Positions 1 to 10,240 are shown, counted from the stretch's first letter. The stretch is DNA of 64,000 nt from an uncultured Gemmatimonadales bacterium (GCA_963809895.1 CAWELD010000010.1:672001-736000), one strand, 5' to 3'. Numbers and translations are program-made. The notes: generated by a model from the letters alone, not told the origin.

Positions 1-1256
1 GGGCGCGCTCCCCGGGCTCCACGCGGCCCAGGTACCCTCCCAGCGTCGCGGCGTAGAGGAAGCCGAGGCCGGGGGTCACCACCGAAGAGCCCATGTTGGG
101 CCCCAGGGTCTGGGTGAGGGACACGTACATGCCGTCCGCGTCGGCCGCGGTCATGTGCGTGGTGTGGCCGTGGTCGTCGGGTGCGGGCGGCAGAGGGGAC
201 AGACCCAGTCCGGGTGTGCCGGGGTGCCCTGAGGGCCACGAGGCCCGCGGCCATCCGCGCGGCCCACGCCTTGGAGGTGGCCCGTGCCGCGGCGCTATCC
301 GTTCCCAGTCCCCGGAGCTCCCGGGCCGCGATCCCCAGTACCTGTCCCTTCACCGCCCCCCACTGGGCCGGCGTCATGGAGTGGGGATCGAAGTTCTCCA
401 TGATCTGGAGGGCCTGGATCGCCACCACGCCCGCCGAAGGCACGTCCATGCCGACGATCTCGTAGCCGCGGTAGGTGCCGCGCACGATATGCGCATCCTC
501 GGCCTTGTAGTTGGCCAGGGACTCGTAGGTCACGGCGCCGCCGTGGGCCTTCATGTCGTCGGCGATCTCGTGGGCGATCTCCCCCCTGTAGAAGACGTCA
601 GCGCCACCGGCCGCGATGGCCCGCAGTGTCTTGGCGTAGTCCTTCTGCACCAGCATGTCGCCGGCCTGCGCGGCGTGCCGTCGTGTTTCAGGTAGATGGC
701 CGCGCGTTCCGGGAAATTCCGCGCTGTGCGCGGCGTTTGCGGCCTCGCGGGCCGACTCGCCGGGGTAGACACGGTATCCGTTCTCCGCGTAGTCGATGGC
801 GGGCGCCATGACCGTGGCCAGCGGCAGCTTCCCATACTCCTTGTGCAGGCGCAGAAGCCCCGCCGCCGCCCCCGGGATGCCGATGACGGCATAGCCGTAG
901 GAGGCCTGGGGCGCCGTGTCGGGGTCGTAGGTGTCGGGAGCCTGCGTGGTGGCGTCGATGCCCCGGATGGTTCCGTCGGGAAGCCGGACGAGGATCTGGT
1001 TGCGCCCGCCGATGCTGTTCATCGTGGGCTCCACGACGGCGATGGCGAAGGCCGTGGCCACCGCGGCGTCGGCGGCGTTGCCGCCGAGCTCGAGCATGCG
1101 CACTCCGGCCTCCGTGGCCAGTGGATGCGCCGAGGAGACGGCGCCGGCGTGGGAGCGCGTCGTCTGGAGAACGCTCTGGGCGCGCGTTGGTGAAGGAACG
1201 AGCGCTACTACGGCGGCAGCGGTGACGAGAGATCGCAGTGTGATCCGGGGACGCAT
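1..1256 (-). CDS. ggt: Gamma-glutamyltransferase, 5' part (runs off window start; contains frameshifts)
   Basis: Manual minus-strand translation from ATG at 1256: signal peptide ...PTRA-Q, then GAVSSAHPLATEAGVRMLELGGNAADAAVATAFAIAVVEPTMNSIGG, the GGT N-terminal motif; part of the true frame (RNFPERAAIYLKHDGTP) appears in ORF 551..892, implying indels. Confidence 0.88.
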   Translation of the reverse strand, partial: MRPRITLRSLVTAAAVVALVPSPTRAQSVLQTTRSHAGAVSSAHPLATEAGVRMLELGGNAADAAVATAFAIAVVEPTMNSIGGRNQILVRLPDGTIRGIDATTQAPDTYDPDTAPQASYGYAVIGIPGAAAGLLRLHKEYGKLPLATVMAPAIDYAENGYRVYPGESAREAANAAHSAEFPGTRGHLPETRRHAAQAGDMLVQKDYAKTLRAIAAGGADVFYRGEIAHEIADDMKAHGGAVTYESLANYKAEDAHIVRGTYRGYEIVGMDVPSAGVVAIQALQIMENFDPHSMTPAQWGAVKGQVLGIAARELRGLGTDSAAARATSKAWAARMAAGLVALRAPRHTRTGSVPSAARTRRPRPHHAHDRGRRGRHVRVPHPDPGAQHGLFGGDPRPRLPLRRDAGRVPGPRGARGAR

Positions 1257-1425
1257 GAGCTTCGTGTGAATCGCGGGTAGGGATGGTGGAGACCGCGAAG
1301 AGAATAGGGGAGGGACGGGCGGCGGACCAATGCACGCCGAACCCGCGTGCTGGCGCAGCGTATGCGGGCTCTCCGGCCTGGTGCATCGCCGCCATTGCGA
1401 GGCGGTGTGCCGCGAGGCTCACGCG

Positions 1426-1736
1426 CTAACCCCGATCCCACTCCAGTCGACCCCCGCTGAACAGAAGCTTCCGGTGGGAAGCTCCTCGGGCGCTTCCCGG
1501 AGGATCTCTCGAAGCTCCTGGGTTCAGAGCCTCGAGCTCCTCGCAGAAGACATCGGGACTTGCTCCGACGCCTGCGGGCCGTCCAGCGCATGGCCGAACT
1601 ACCTTAGACGCCTTGGCCAGGGTCTCGACGAACAGCTTGACCGCGGAGTTCGAAGTGTGAGCCGAACATGAGTCCGGCCACTCGGATCATCACCAACAGG
1701 ATCCCGAAGATCGGGACCAGCATTCTTCAGGTCCAT
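1426..1736 (-). pseudogene. Small membrane-anchored protein with coiled-coil-like tail, frameshifted
   Basis: Minus strand gives MLVPIFGILLVMI.VAGL, then after shifts AVKLFVETLAKA and a charged helical tail; several indels. Confidence 0.5.
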
Positions 1737-1926
1737 CACGGCGCCTCCCGGCTTTTGGTTCCATGCCATGCCTTAGGTACGGGCTGCTCCTGAGGTTCAC
1801 ACAGTGCGTGCATCGCCTCACCTTCTTGCCGGATCCCCTTTCGTATGTATGTGAGAGGTCACGATATATCGGCACTCGTCCCGTCAGGGTGAGCAGTAGA
1901 GACACGGTCAGGACGGCAGGACGGCG

Positions 1927-3153
1927 GTGGAGCGGATGCGGCAGATCAGGCGATTCCGGGGGGTCGGACCGGTGCGTGGGCCCGGGTGGAGCCTGATCGC
2001 CGCGCTCCTGCTCGCGGCCTGCCAGGGTGACGCGAGCCCTGGACACGCCGGTCAGCCCATCGTTCTGTCGGCGGTCGACGTCCACGTGGTGGCCACGTCC
2101 GATGCGCTGGCTCGCATCGTGGACGTTCAGCCTGCCGGTGACGGACGCGTGTGGGTGCTCAACTCCACCGAGCCCTTCTTCGTGGCCGTGGGAGCGGACG
2201 GACACGTGGAGCGCGCCTTCGGAAGGGAAGGAGGAGGGCCGGAGGAGTTCGGTGGACCGGTGGAACTGGCGCGCGGCCCCGCGGGCGAGGTCTGGACCTA
2301 CGACGTCCCCCGCAATGCGCTTCGTCGAATCTCCGACGAACGGCCACGCGACCTACGGTTGCCCTCCGACTCTCTTCCGCCCGGGAAGCTCGTCTCTTTT
2401 CAGGACGCCGGGATGCGGCCGGCTCCTCCCTGGATCCAGAGCCGGGGCACGGGCTTCCTCGTCGGACGTAAGAGACCATCCGCCCCTCCGGCCGGCGGGC
2501 TGGGCATCTGGCGCGCGGATATCGTATGGCTCGGTCTCGACGCGCCAGCAGTGTCGCTGGAGCCGTCCACGCCGGTAGCTGACCTCCTGGGCGATCCGAC
2601 CCAACGCTACCCCGGCGCCACGTTGTTCCTGCCCTATCCGATCTGGACCTCGTGTGGAGACGGGTCGTTGGGCATGTATGATCCCCTCGCGAACACGCTC
2701 CGACGCCTCGCACCGGACGGAGGCGAAGAGCAGCCCATAGCCCTTCCCGAAGAGCGCAGGGAGCCGGTAACGTTCGATCGCTTCTTCGGGATGGTGTATC
2801 GGCAACTCAAAGAGCAGGTGCCGAGCTCGCAGCTTCCCGACAGCGCGCACACGCGGAGCATCCTCCAGGAGCAGTTCCGCCGATCCGACGGCACCCTCGC
2901 CGACGTGTTTCCCGAGTACGCCGATCTCCGCTGCACCGACGGCGGCACGTTGTGGCTTCAGCCGTTCGACGTCGCTGGCGGGCGGTTCGGGAGGGGTTCC
3001 GAGTGGATCCGGTTCGACGCGGACGGTTCACGCACCACCATCGTCCTTCCCGACGCGTTCACCGTCCATCGTATCGAAGACGATCGGCTTTGGGGTGCGG
3101 TGGTTGACTCGCTTGGGGTGCCTGCCGTCGCCTGGGTACGGGTGGAAGGATGA
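1927..3153 (+). CDS. 6-bladed beta-propeller-like lipoprotein
   Basis: Lipobox LLAAC, GREGGGPEEF motif, C-terminal DSLGVPAVAW. Confidence 0.8.
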   Translation: MERMRQIRRFRGVGPVRGPGWSLIAALLLAACQGDASPGHAGQPIVLSAVDVHVVATSDALARIVDVQPAGDGRVWVLNSTEPFFVAVGADGHVERAFGREGGGPEEFGGPVELARGPAGEVWTYDVPRNALRRISDERPRDLRLPSDSLPPGKLVSFQDAGMRPAPPWIQSRGTGFLVGRKRPSAPPAGGLGIWRADIVWLGLDAPAVSLEPSTPVADLLGDPTQRYPGATLFLPYPIWTSCGDGSLGMYDPLANTLRRLAPDGGEEQPIALPEERREPVTFDRFFGMVYRQLKEQVPSSQLPDSAHTRSILQEQFRRSDGTLADVFPEYADLRCTDGGTLWLQPFDVAGGRFGRGSEWIRFDADGSRTTIVLPDAFTVHRIEDDRLWGAVVDSLGVPAVAWVRVEG

Positions 3154-3209
3154 GCGCGTCGCGGCCTGGCAGCAAACGAGCAGAGGTCGGCATGTTGCTC
3201 CATGCTTGA
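3150..3209 (+). other. 19-aa mini-ORF (MSASRPGSKRAEVGMLLHA) linking two genes
   Basis: ATGA overlap with stop at 3153; its TGA (3207-3209) overlaps ATG at 3202. Confidence 0.4.
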
Positions 3210-3344
3210 ACCGACTGCCGAAGCCTTGAGAGCCTTGGAGCTCACCAACCGCGACAGCCTTGCCCTGGTCATCGTCGATGTTCAGGAAGCCGTCGTCGCC
3301 GCCGGGCCGTTCGAAGTGGAGCGCGTGCTACGGGGAGATGAAGC
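3202..3344 (+). pseudogene. Isochorismatase/cysteine hydrolase N-terminal remnant
   Basis: ALVIVDVQ matches the family's first strand motif; the rest of the domain is absent and the frame runs out of register into the next gene. Confidence 0.5.
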
Positions 3345-3962
3345 ATGGGACTGTATTCCAGGTATCTGCTCCCCCGGATCATCCATTTCACCTGCAGCGC
3401 GAACTCAGCGATGCGGCAGCGGCAGAAGTTGGTGCCGTTGGCAGAGGGGAGGGTCCTGGAGGTCGGGATCGGCTCGGGCCTGAATCTGCCGTTCTACGAT
3501 CCCGAGCGGGTCACGGAGGTGACGGGTCTGGATCCATCGTCCGAGATCACCGACCTGGCTTGGGAAGCGGCGGAGCGAGTTCCCTTCGATGTCGAGTTCG
3601 TGTCGGTGGGAGCGGAGGAGATCCCGTTCGGTCGTGACCGCTTCGATACCGTTCTCCTGACGTACACCCTCTGCTCCATCGCCGATTCGGCGCCGGCGCT
3701 GGGAGCGATGGCTCGGGTGCTGAGGCCCGGTGGCCGGCTCCTCTTCTGTGAGCACGGGGTCGCGCCGGATCCCGGCGTGCGCCGCTGGCAGAATCGAGTC
3801 AATCCGGTCTGGCGGCGCTTCAGTGGCGGTTGCCAGCTTAACCGGGACATTCCGACGATCATCCGTGAGGGTGGCTTCGAGATTACGGGAATGGAGACCA
3901 TGTACATTCCAGGGTGGCGGCCGGCCAGCTACAACTACTGGGGGAGCGCCGAGGCTCGGTGA
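3345..3962 (+). CDS. Class I SAM-dependent methyltransferase
   Basis: VLEVGIGSG motif I, FDTV, RVLRPGG. Confidence 0.92.
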   Translation: MGLYSRYLLPRIIHFTCSANSAMRQRQKLVPLAEGRVLEVGIGSGLNLPFYDPERVTEVTGLDPSSEITDLAWEAAERVPFDVEFVSVGAEEIPFGRDRFDTVLLTYTLCSIADSAPALGAMARVLRPGGRLLFCEHGVAPDPGVRRWQNRVNPVWRRFSGGCQLNRDIPTIIREGGFEITGMETMYIPGWRPASYNYWGSAEAR

Positions 3963-3966
3963 CCCC

Positions 3967-4566
3967 ATGTACCCGCGGGAGATCATGCACGCACGGCGTC
4001 TTCTGCCGCTAATGTTACCGGGGCTCATCGCGATGGGCGCTGCTGGCCTTGGCGTCGCGTGCGGTCCGGAGCCGATTCCGATCCCTGATTCGGAGCCCTT
4101 TGGGGAACTCGCTTCCCAGGTCCATTTCGGGATGATGGTCGCGGACCTGAGAGAGATCCGGCCCAACGTCTACATCGCGAAGGATGGGACCTACGTTGAG
4201 GAGTTCATGACCCACGATCTGGCGTACCTGTTCTCGCCCAAGGCAGAGGACCGCCCGCCTCCCCCCACTGCCCGACTTCTGGCAGTCGAGAGTCACAGAG
4301 AGTACTGGGATACCCTGCGTCTCTGGCCGAGAGTGGAGTCACCTGGTCGCTGCTTCCTTAGCAGACTTCCCGTCGGACTCCGCGGTGCGCGGACCTCGGC
4401 GATTGCCCGGGTCGCCTCTGACGCGGGCGCAGTCTTCTCGGGTCCACTGACGCGCCCGGTGACCGCGGAGATCCACACCGCGAGTTACGACGGCGGAGCT
4501 TTTCGATTCGTTGCCTCGTTTCCCAGAGTCAGAATCAAGTGCAGGAAGGGTCCTGGAGAGAAATAG
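3967..4566 (+). CDS. Hypothetical lipoprotein (3' half may contain indels)
   Basis: Hydrophobic stretch ending LGVAC within ORF 3730..4566. Confidence 0.5.
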   Translation: MYPREIMHARRLLPLMLPGLIAMGAAGLGVACGPEPIPIPDSEPFGELASQVHFGMMVADLREIRPNVYIAKDGTYVEEFMTHDLAYLFSPKAEDRPPPPTARLLAVESHREYWDTLRLWPRVESPGRCFLSRLPVGLRGARTSAIARVASDAGAVFSGPLTRPVTAEIHTASYDGGAFRFVASFPRVRIKCRKGPGEK

Positions 4567-4569
4567 CTC

Positions 4570-5340
4570 CAGTGGCGCTGCGCGGAGTGTACGGGGCGCA
4601 CGCACCGGTGACTCGAGGGTGGCTTGAATCTCGTGATCGGCCGCAAGGTCGAGGCCCAGGTGAGTTCGTCTCGCCTGTCGCCGCCGCTGTTCTCGCCGAC
4701 GGCGCCTGGCGGTGCCTGACGTGCTCCTCCAGCGGATGTATTTCTTCGACGAGGAGGGGGAATTTCTCCGGAGTAGGTCCCGCTCCGGTCTTTCCGTCGA
4801 TGGCCTGGCGTCGTTGTCCGACGGAGACCCGTTTCGGTGAGTCGTCGCTCGACACCACGCTGGCCGCGGTGACGGGAGGCGTCCTGCTCACGATTCCATG
4901 ACGAGCAACGTCGCTCGCTTCGTGGTACCTGAGCTCGGACCGGGTCTGGAGTGGCACGCTTGCGCAAGGCTTCTACCGACCGTCCAGTGGACGCTCCGGC
5001 CAGGGCTCAAGGATGCTGAACAGTGAGGAGTGGCTCCGCAGCCCGATGATCGCGTCCAACGTCGCGGGATTGGGCGACGGGTCTTTCGCGGTGGGATTCC
5101 GGGAATGGCCCGACTCGGTTCAGGCGGACACTGGTAAGTCGGTACTCGTTGGGTCTTCGTGCGGCCTGGTCTTCCGCCGATGGGGTCTCTGACAAGACCG
5201 ATTTTCGTCCGACGTCGTGCGACATAGCTCCATGTACTCGACCCACCAACGAGTCAATGGAGAGGTGGAGGTGTCGTGGGCCCGGTTCTGGCGTCCAGGC
5301 GTTGAGGAGATCTGGACCCCTGGCCCCGCCGCGCCTGACG
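4570..5340 (+). pseudogene. Beta-propeller paralog, multiply frameshifted
   Basis: GRGPGEFVSP in ORF 4539..4901 and PDVLLQRMYFFDEEGEFLRS in another frame; ends uncertain. Confidence 0.55.
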
Positions 5341-5410
5341 TCGCATCTTCGACCGCCACACGTGACCGAGGGCCCTCTCCACCTGCCACCATCTGATGGG
5401 ATGCCATTCC

Positions 5411-5789
5411 GTGAAGTCCCGGACCAGACTCGTCTGGAACCTGCTCCCGCTGCTTCTCGTCGGCTGCGCAACCGCACAGCCAGCCGAGAACACCGCCGAC
5501 CCCGCCGAGGGACTGGCCCGCATCAGGCCAACCCCGCGCTCGCATGGGCGTGCCTGCCCGGGCTCGGGGCATGGGGACCATGAAGGTACCGATGGGGGGC
5601 ACCGGGGGCGGCTCCGCGTCACCTTCGTTGTGGACGGACGGCCGGCTCGTCGATTCCCGCGGCCTTCAGTGGTGCCCACGCCGCCCGACGTCGAGGAGTC
5701 CCGAAGAGCTCGCCAACTCACGGTACTTTCCAGAGCACGTCGGTGACTACCCTGTGCCGGCCAGGGTCACCGTGCGGATTCGAAGCTAG
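5411..5789 (+). pseudogene. Small TonB C-terminal-like lipoprotein, frameshifted
   Basis: Lipobox LLVGC; LRVTFVVDG and SRYFPEHVGDYPVPARVTV lie in different frames. Confidence 0.5.
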
Positions 5790-5808
5790 AAGGCGAGCGC
5801 CAAGCGTC

Positions 5809-6962
5809 GTGAAACCAATCCTGCTGAAGCTGGGGCCCCGGCTGCTGTCCCGTGCCTCCCGCTGGTCCTCGGGCCAGCCCACGCCCTCGGCCAGGACGCC
5901 CCGCGGCTGCAACTCGCGGAGCCTGATTTCCAGGTGGGCGGGGTCGCCGGAGCGCGGACTACCGCTATGGCAGCTCGGTGGGTAGCGTATGCTCCCCGAC
6001 GGAAGCGTCGTGGTGGGGGACCGGGGAGCCAAGCTCCTGAAGCTCTCCAGCCCAGACGGCACCTTCGTTCGCGATGTCGGCAGACGGGGCAGTGGCCCTG
6101 GCGAGTACCAGTACGTCTTCGAGATGGATTGGTGCGCGCCCGAGAGCTCAGCGTCTTCGACGCGGACGCGCGCGTGCATCGGTATGATGTCGATATGGAG
6201 CTGATTTCGACCGCGCTCTACTCGCTGGACGCCGTCGGTGGAGGCAGAGGTTACCAGCGGGACTGCAATCCCCAGGGGTACGTCGTGGCCACGGGATGGG
6301 GGGATCCCCGGGCGCAGTCCAAGCCCGGCTACTTCGTCGCGACCGCTCCGGTCGTCCTCTTCCGAGGCATGGAGGTGGTGCACGACTTCGGTGAGCGGCT
6401 CAGCAGCGAGCGGGTAGGGACCACGGCGCCGGACGGCACCCTCACGGGGAGCGGACCGCATCCCTTCGGACGGGAAACCGTGGTCGCCCTCGGGCACGAC
6501 CGCGTCTACCTGGGCTCGGAGGAGTCGTACGAGATCGAGGTGTACGATCTGACGGGCGCTCCCTTGGAGCCGATCCGCTGGAGCGGCCCCGCCCTGGACT
6601 ACGACCACGACCTGATCGATCGCCTGACCGAGGCCGCCATCGACCGGGCCCCCGAACGATCCAGACGGGCCGTGCGGACCTGGTATCGGGATCTGCCCGA
6701 GTTGGACCAGGTGCCGGCGTACGACCGGATCGTGGTGTCGGACGAGGGGCAGGTCTGGGTACGCCAATTCGTCCGCCCGGGATCCTCCGGCGTGACCTGG
6801 GTGATCTTCAGCCATGCTCAGGAGCTCATCGGACAGCTCACGCTCCCCCCGCGTTCCACGCTCTGGGAAGTGCGCGGAGACCGTGTGGTCTACTCGACAC
6901 CCGATGAATACGACGTGCCGGTGGTCCGTATCAGTCGGGTAGAGCGTGCGGGCGGCCCCTGA
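5809..6962 (+). CDS. 6-bladed beta-propeller protein, frameshifted
   Basis: GRRGSGPGEY in ORF 5989..6204; C-terminal DEYDVPVV in ORF 5934..6962. Confidence 0.75.
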
Positions 6963-6973
6963 GGAGGCTCTCG

Positions 6974-7435
6974 GTGCCTCGATATCGGACGAACCGCGGG
7001 ATCTGGAGGAGGGCATGGATCGGCATTCCGACGATGGTGGCGTCATGTGCCACGGGCCCGTCCGGGTCCATGGCGGACGCCTACCTCAATCCCCCCGAAT
7101 GTTCTGCGGTGGTGCAAGCGCACTCGGCGGATGCCGGTCTGACGGTGGACTCCCCTCCGGTTCCACGCGGCGCCTGGAAGATGCCGGAAGTTTCCAGTTC
7201 GCCGCCGGTGGCCGTCACAGTCCATGTGACCGTGTCAGAACTGGGGGAGGTCGTCGCGTCGTCGATTCAGATCGACGGCGTGCGCACTTCCGCAGAGCGG
7301 GCCGCGGTCCGCGAGGGCGCCGAGAAATGGACGTTCCGCCCGGCGCGGCACGATGGCTGCTGGGTGCCGGGCATGTTCGAGACCCGCATCGAGCTCGGTG
7401 AATCCCCCGAGCGCGAACGCGATGAAAGGGGGTGA
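6974..7435 (+). CDS. Small TonB C-terminal domain protein
   Basis: RBS GAGGAGG; V.V.VTVSELGEV...AVREGAEKWTFRPARHDGCWVP is TonB-C-like. Confidence 0.7.
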   Translation: MPRYRTNRGIWRRAWIGIPTMVASCATGPSGSMADAYLNPPECSAVVQAHSADAGLTVDSPPVPRGAWKMPEVSSSPPVAVTVHVTVSELGEVVASSIQIDGVRTSAERAAVREGAEKWTFRPARHDGCWVPGMFETRIELGESPERERDERG

Positions 7436-7980
7436 ACATGGATGAGGAATCGAGGGACGCGATTCACGCGGACGCCGGCGTCGAGCGGCCCGACGACTAT
7501 CCTCCGGACGTGCCGTTCCTGCCTGGTACGACCGTGGTCTTCCAGCTCGAACAGACGATGTGGATCGTCACGGCCCCGGATCTCGCTGCGCGCATCGAGC
7601 GGCTAGGCGAGGCGACGGAGGCCTGGCAGGATGATCCACGGGTGGCTCCCCTGTGGGATCTCGTACGTACCGGTGAGGAGTCTCCAACGCCCCGCCACGA
7701 GCTCATGGCGCACGTGAAACGGGGGCTCGAAGGCCTGGACGTGGCCGACAAGGAGGAGCTCATGGCCGCGATCGGCCCCGCCTTCGGCACCTCCGACGTG
7801 GGTCAGAAGGAGCTGGAGGCGGCGCTCGCGTTCTTCCGTGCCCAGGGATGGCATGCGGAGGCCACGGAGACGCAGGATGGCCCGGTGGGTTCGACGACAT
7901 GGCGACTCACACGTGGAAACCAGAGGCGGACGCTCTCGTTGGTTCGCTTCGTCGGCACCGCCGTTCTCGGGTTCGGGTGA
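7432..7980 (+). CDS. Hypothetical protein
   Basis: GTGA overlap with upstream stop; plausible coding composition. Confidence 0.65.
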   Translation: MNMDEESRDAIHADAGVERPDDYPPDVPFLPGTTVVFQLEQTMWIVTAPDLAARIERLGEATEAWQDDPRVAPLWDLVRTGEESPTPRHELMAHVKRGLEGLDVADKEELMAAIGPAFGTSDVGQKELEAALAFFRAQGWHAEATETQDGPVGSTTWRLTRGNQRRTLSLVRFVGTAVLGFG

Positions 7981-7984
7981 TGAA

Positions 7985-9331
7985 TCACCCTTCGGATCGC
8001 GGCAGCACCTGTTCCTGTCCGTCGGCTCCGAGCACGACGATCGCATCTACCCGACCGGCCGAGTCGCGCCGGAAGCGCATCACGGTCCCACTGGCTGGGA
8101 TGTAGTAGCGCTGTCCAGCGATGGGATAGAACTCGTTGTCGCCTCGGAAGAGCATGCCGTCGACCAGCCTGATCACGGCCGGACCGAAGGTGCCCACGAG
8201 CGTGGCGGGGTCTTCGAAGTCGGCTGCGACGGGCGGCGGGAGAGGTACGGCCGATGGGTCTTCCCCGGTGAGAAGGCCCTGGATCTTCTCCCGCAGTTGC
8301 CAGTTCGCAGCGGACTGCAGGTTGCTCAGGAGGACGAACACGAGCCGTGACTCGGGTCGCACATCGACCGAGGCCTCGTAGCCGTTCGTTCGGCCGAGCC
8401 AACCGCGCCAGGACGTTGAGTCACCCCCGAACGTCTCGTCCCGCAGGGTGGCTCCGAACACGCCGTCCTCGAGGGCCTCGACGAAGTGCAGGAGGTCGTC
8501 CGCCGTGGCATACACCGATCCGGCGCCGGTGAGAAAGCGGAGGTCCTTGTAGGGCACGTGCTTGGCGACCACGCGCCCACCGGTGGCGCCAAGACGGTGG
8601 GGCAGTCCGCGGTTCCGCATCAGGGTCTGTCCGGTTTCCCCGACCGCGTTTGTCATGCCCGCGGGGTCGAAGACCATATCCTGCATCACGGCTTCGAACG
8701 GTCGCCCTTCGACGACCTCGATGATGCGAGCGAGACAGGTGTAGCCCGCGCTGCTGTAGAGCCTCTGGCTTTCTGGCTCGAACAGGAGTCCACGAGACTC
8801 GACTCTGTGTACGATCGCTGCGGCATCGAGGGGTTGAGTTTCGTCGAGCGCGTCGGTCACCCGGTGGGGGACGCCGGCGCGATGCTCGAGGAGCTGACGC
8901 ACGGTGGGCACGCCACCCTCCGGTCCACGGGGGAAGCCGGGGAGATACTCTTCGACGGGCGAATCGAGATCCAACCGCCCATGGCTCGTCATGACGCGCA
9001 CCAGGACCTCGGTCATCGCCTTGGTCACCGATGCGATACCGAATCGGGTGTGGGCGGAGTTGGGCACGCCGAGCTCCCAACTGGCATATCCGTAGCTCCG
9101 CTCGAAGAGGATCTGGCCCGCTCGCGCGACGAGGATCGTGCCGCTGAACAGTCCGGCATCGGCCTGGGGACGAACGAGGGCGTCGATTCGGGTGGACACG
9201 TTGGCCAGGTATGGCTCGGTTCTCGCGCCTTGAGCCATGATGGTGCCCGGCGTCGCGAGGATGGTCAGACAGCTGAGCGCACTCAGGTGGCGATGGCCGC
9301 GACGAAGATCTGAGAGTCCACCCATCATCAT
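7985..9331 (-). CDS. Serine hydrolase, beta-lactamase (class C-like) family, secreted
   Basis: IASVTK (SxxK), LLEHRAG, YSS motif, signal peptide IMA-Q. Confidence 0.9.
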   Translation of the reverse strand: MMMGGLSDLRRGHRHLSALSCLTILATPGTIMAQGARTEPYLANVSTRIDALVRPQADAGLFSGTILVARAGQILFERSYGYASWELGVPNSAHTRFGIASVTKAMTEVLVRVMTSHGRLDLDSPVEEYLPGFPRGPEGGVPTVRQLLEHRAGVPHRVTDALDETQPLDAAAIVHRVESRGLLFEPESQRLYSSAGYTCLARIIEVVEGRPFEAVMQDMVFDPAGMTNAVGETGQTLMRNRGLPHRLGATGGRVVAKHVPYKDLRFLTGAGSVYATADDLLHFVEALEDGVFGATLRDETFGGDSTSWRGWLGRTNGYEASVDVRPESRLVFVLLSNLQSAANWQLREKIQGLLTGEDPSAVPLPPPVAADFEDPATLVGTFGPAVIRLVDGMLFRGDNEFYPIAGQRYYIPASGTVMRFRRDSAGRVDAIVVLGADGQEQVLPRSEG

Positions 9332-9345
9332 ACCCCTCTCGTAGC

Positions 9346-9384
9346 TATATCTGTCGAAAATATATCAACAAGTAATACAACTTG
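9346..9384. promoter_or_regulatory. AT-rich divergent promoter region with short inverted repeats
   Basis: TATAT-N9-ATATA (9346-9364) and CAAGT-N6-ACTTG (9369-9384) between divergent genes. Confidence 0.4.
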
Positions 9385-10230
9385 ATCGTGCTCGGCTGCG
9401 CAACCCTGGTAGCGACGTGCCGCCGTCCAGCCGCATGTTGTCTCATGAGCTTTTCCCGATCGAGACGCCTGGTCCCGTGGCGCGGGGCGCTGTGCTGCCT
9501 CGCCCCGATCCTCGCGGGCTGCGGCGGATCGCAGCCTGCCCAGCTCCAATACGAAATCGTGGCGGCGGTCCCCCACGATCCCGAGGCCTATACCCAGGGG
9601 CTTCTCGTGGACGGCCGGACGCTCATCGAAAGCACCGGGCAGTACGGCGCGTCATCCCTCCGGCGAGTGGACATCGCCTCGGGCCGGGTACTGGCCCAGG
9701 TACCCCTGGACTCCGCCTATTTCGGTGAAGGTGTGGCGCGGGTGGATTCGACGCTCATCCAGCTGACGTGGAAGGCCGGGGTCGCCTTCGTCTACGACCT
9801 GGCGTCTCTGACACGGGTCGGTGAGCGCCACTACCAGGGCGAAGGCTGGGGACTGTGCTTCGACGGAGACGTGCTCTGGATGTCCAACGGATCGAGTGCG
9901 TTCACGCGGCGAGATCCGGAGAGCTTCGAGGCGTTGGACACCCTCGACGTTCGCCGTGCCGGCGAGCCCGTGCCGCAATTGAACGAGCTCGAGTGCGTAG
10001 GCGAATACATCTACGCCAACGTCTTCCAGTCGGACCTGATCCTCCGGATCGACAAGGCCACGGGCGCGGTCGTCGGGGAGTTGGACGGCGCGGAGCTCTC
10101 TCGAACCGCCCCCCGGCCGCCCGATCCCGAGGCCGTCCTGAACGGCATCGCGTACGTGCCCGAGTCCGGCCTGTTCCTGATGACCGGAAAGCGCTGGCCG
10201 ACCTTGTTCGTCGTGCGAATCACCGAGTAG
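9382..10230 (+). CDS. Glutaminyl-peptide cyclotransferase (plant/bacterial type), lipoprotein; true start probably 9445
   Basis: YTQGL, ESTGQYG, FGEG, QLTW, EGWGL, LNELE, VLNGIA motifs; lipobox LAGC. Confidence 0.93.
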   Translation: MIVLGCATLVATCRRPAACCLMSFSRSRRLVPWRGALCCLAPILAGCGGSQPAQLQYEIVAAVPHDPEAYTQGLLVDGRTLIESTGQYGASSLRRVDIASGRVLAQVPLDSAYFGEGVARVDSTLIQLTWKAGVAFVYDLASLTRVGERHYQGEGWGLCFDGDVLWMSNGSSAFTRRDPESFEALDTLDVRRAGEPVPQLNELECVGEYIYANVFQSDLILRIDKATGAVVGELDGAELSRTAPRPPDPEAVLNGIAYVPESGLFLMTGKRWPTLFVVRITE

Positions 10231-10240
10231 GGAGACGGAG

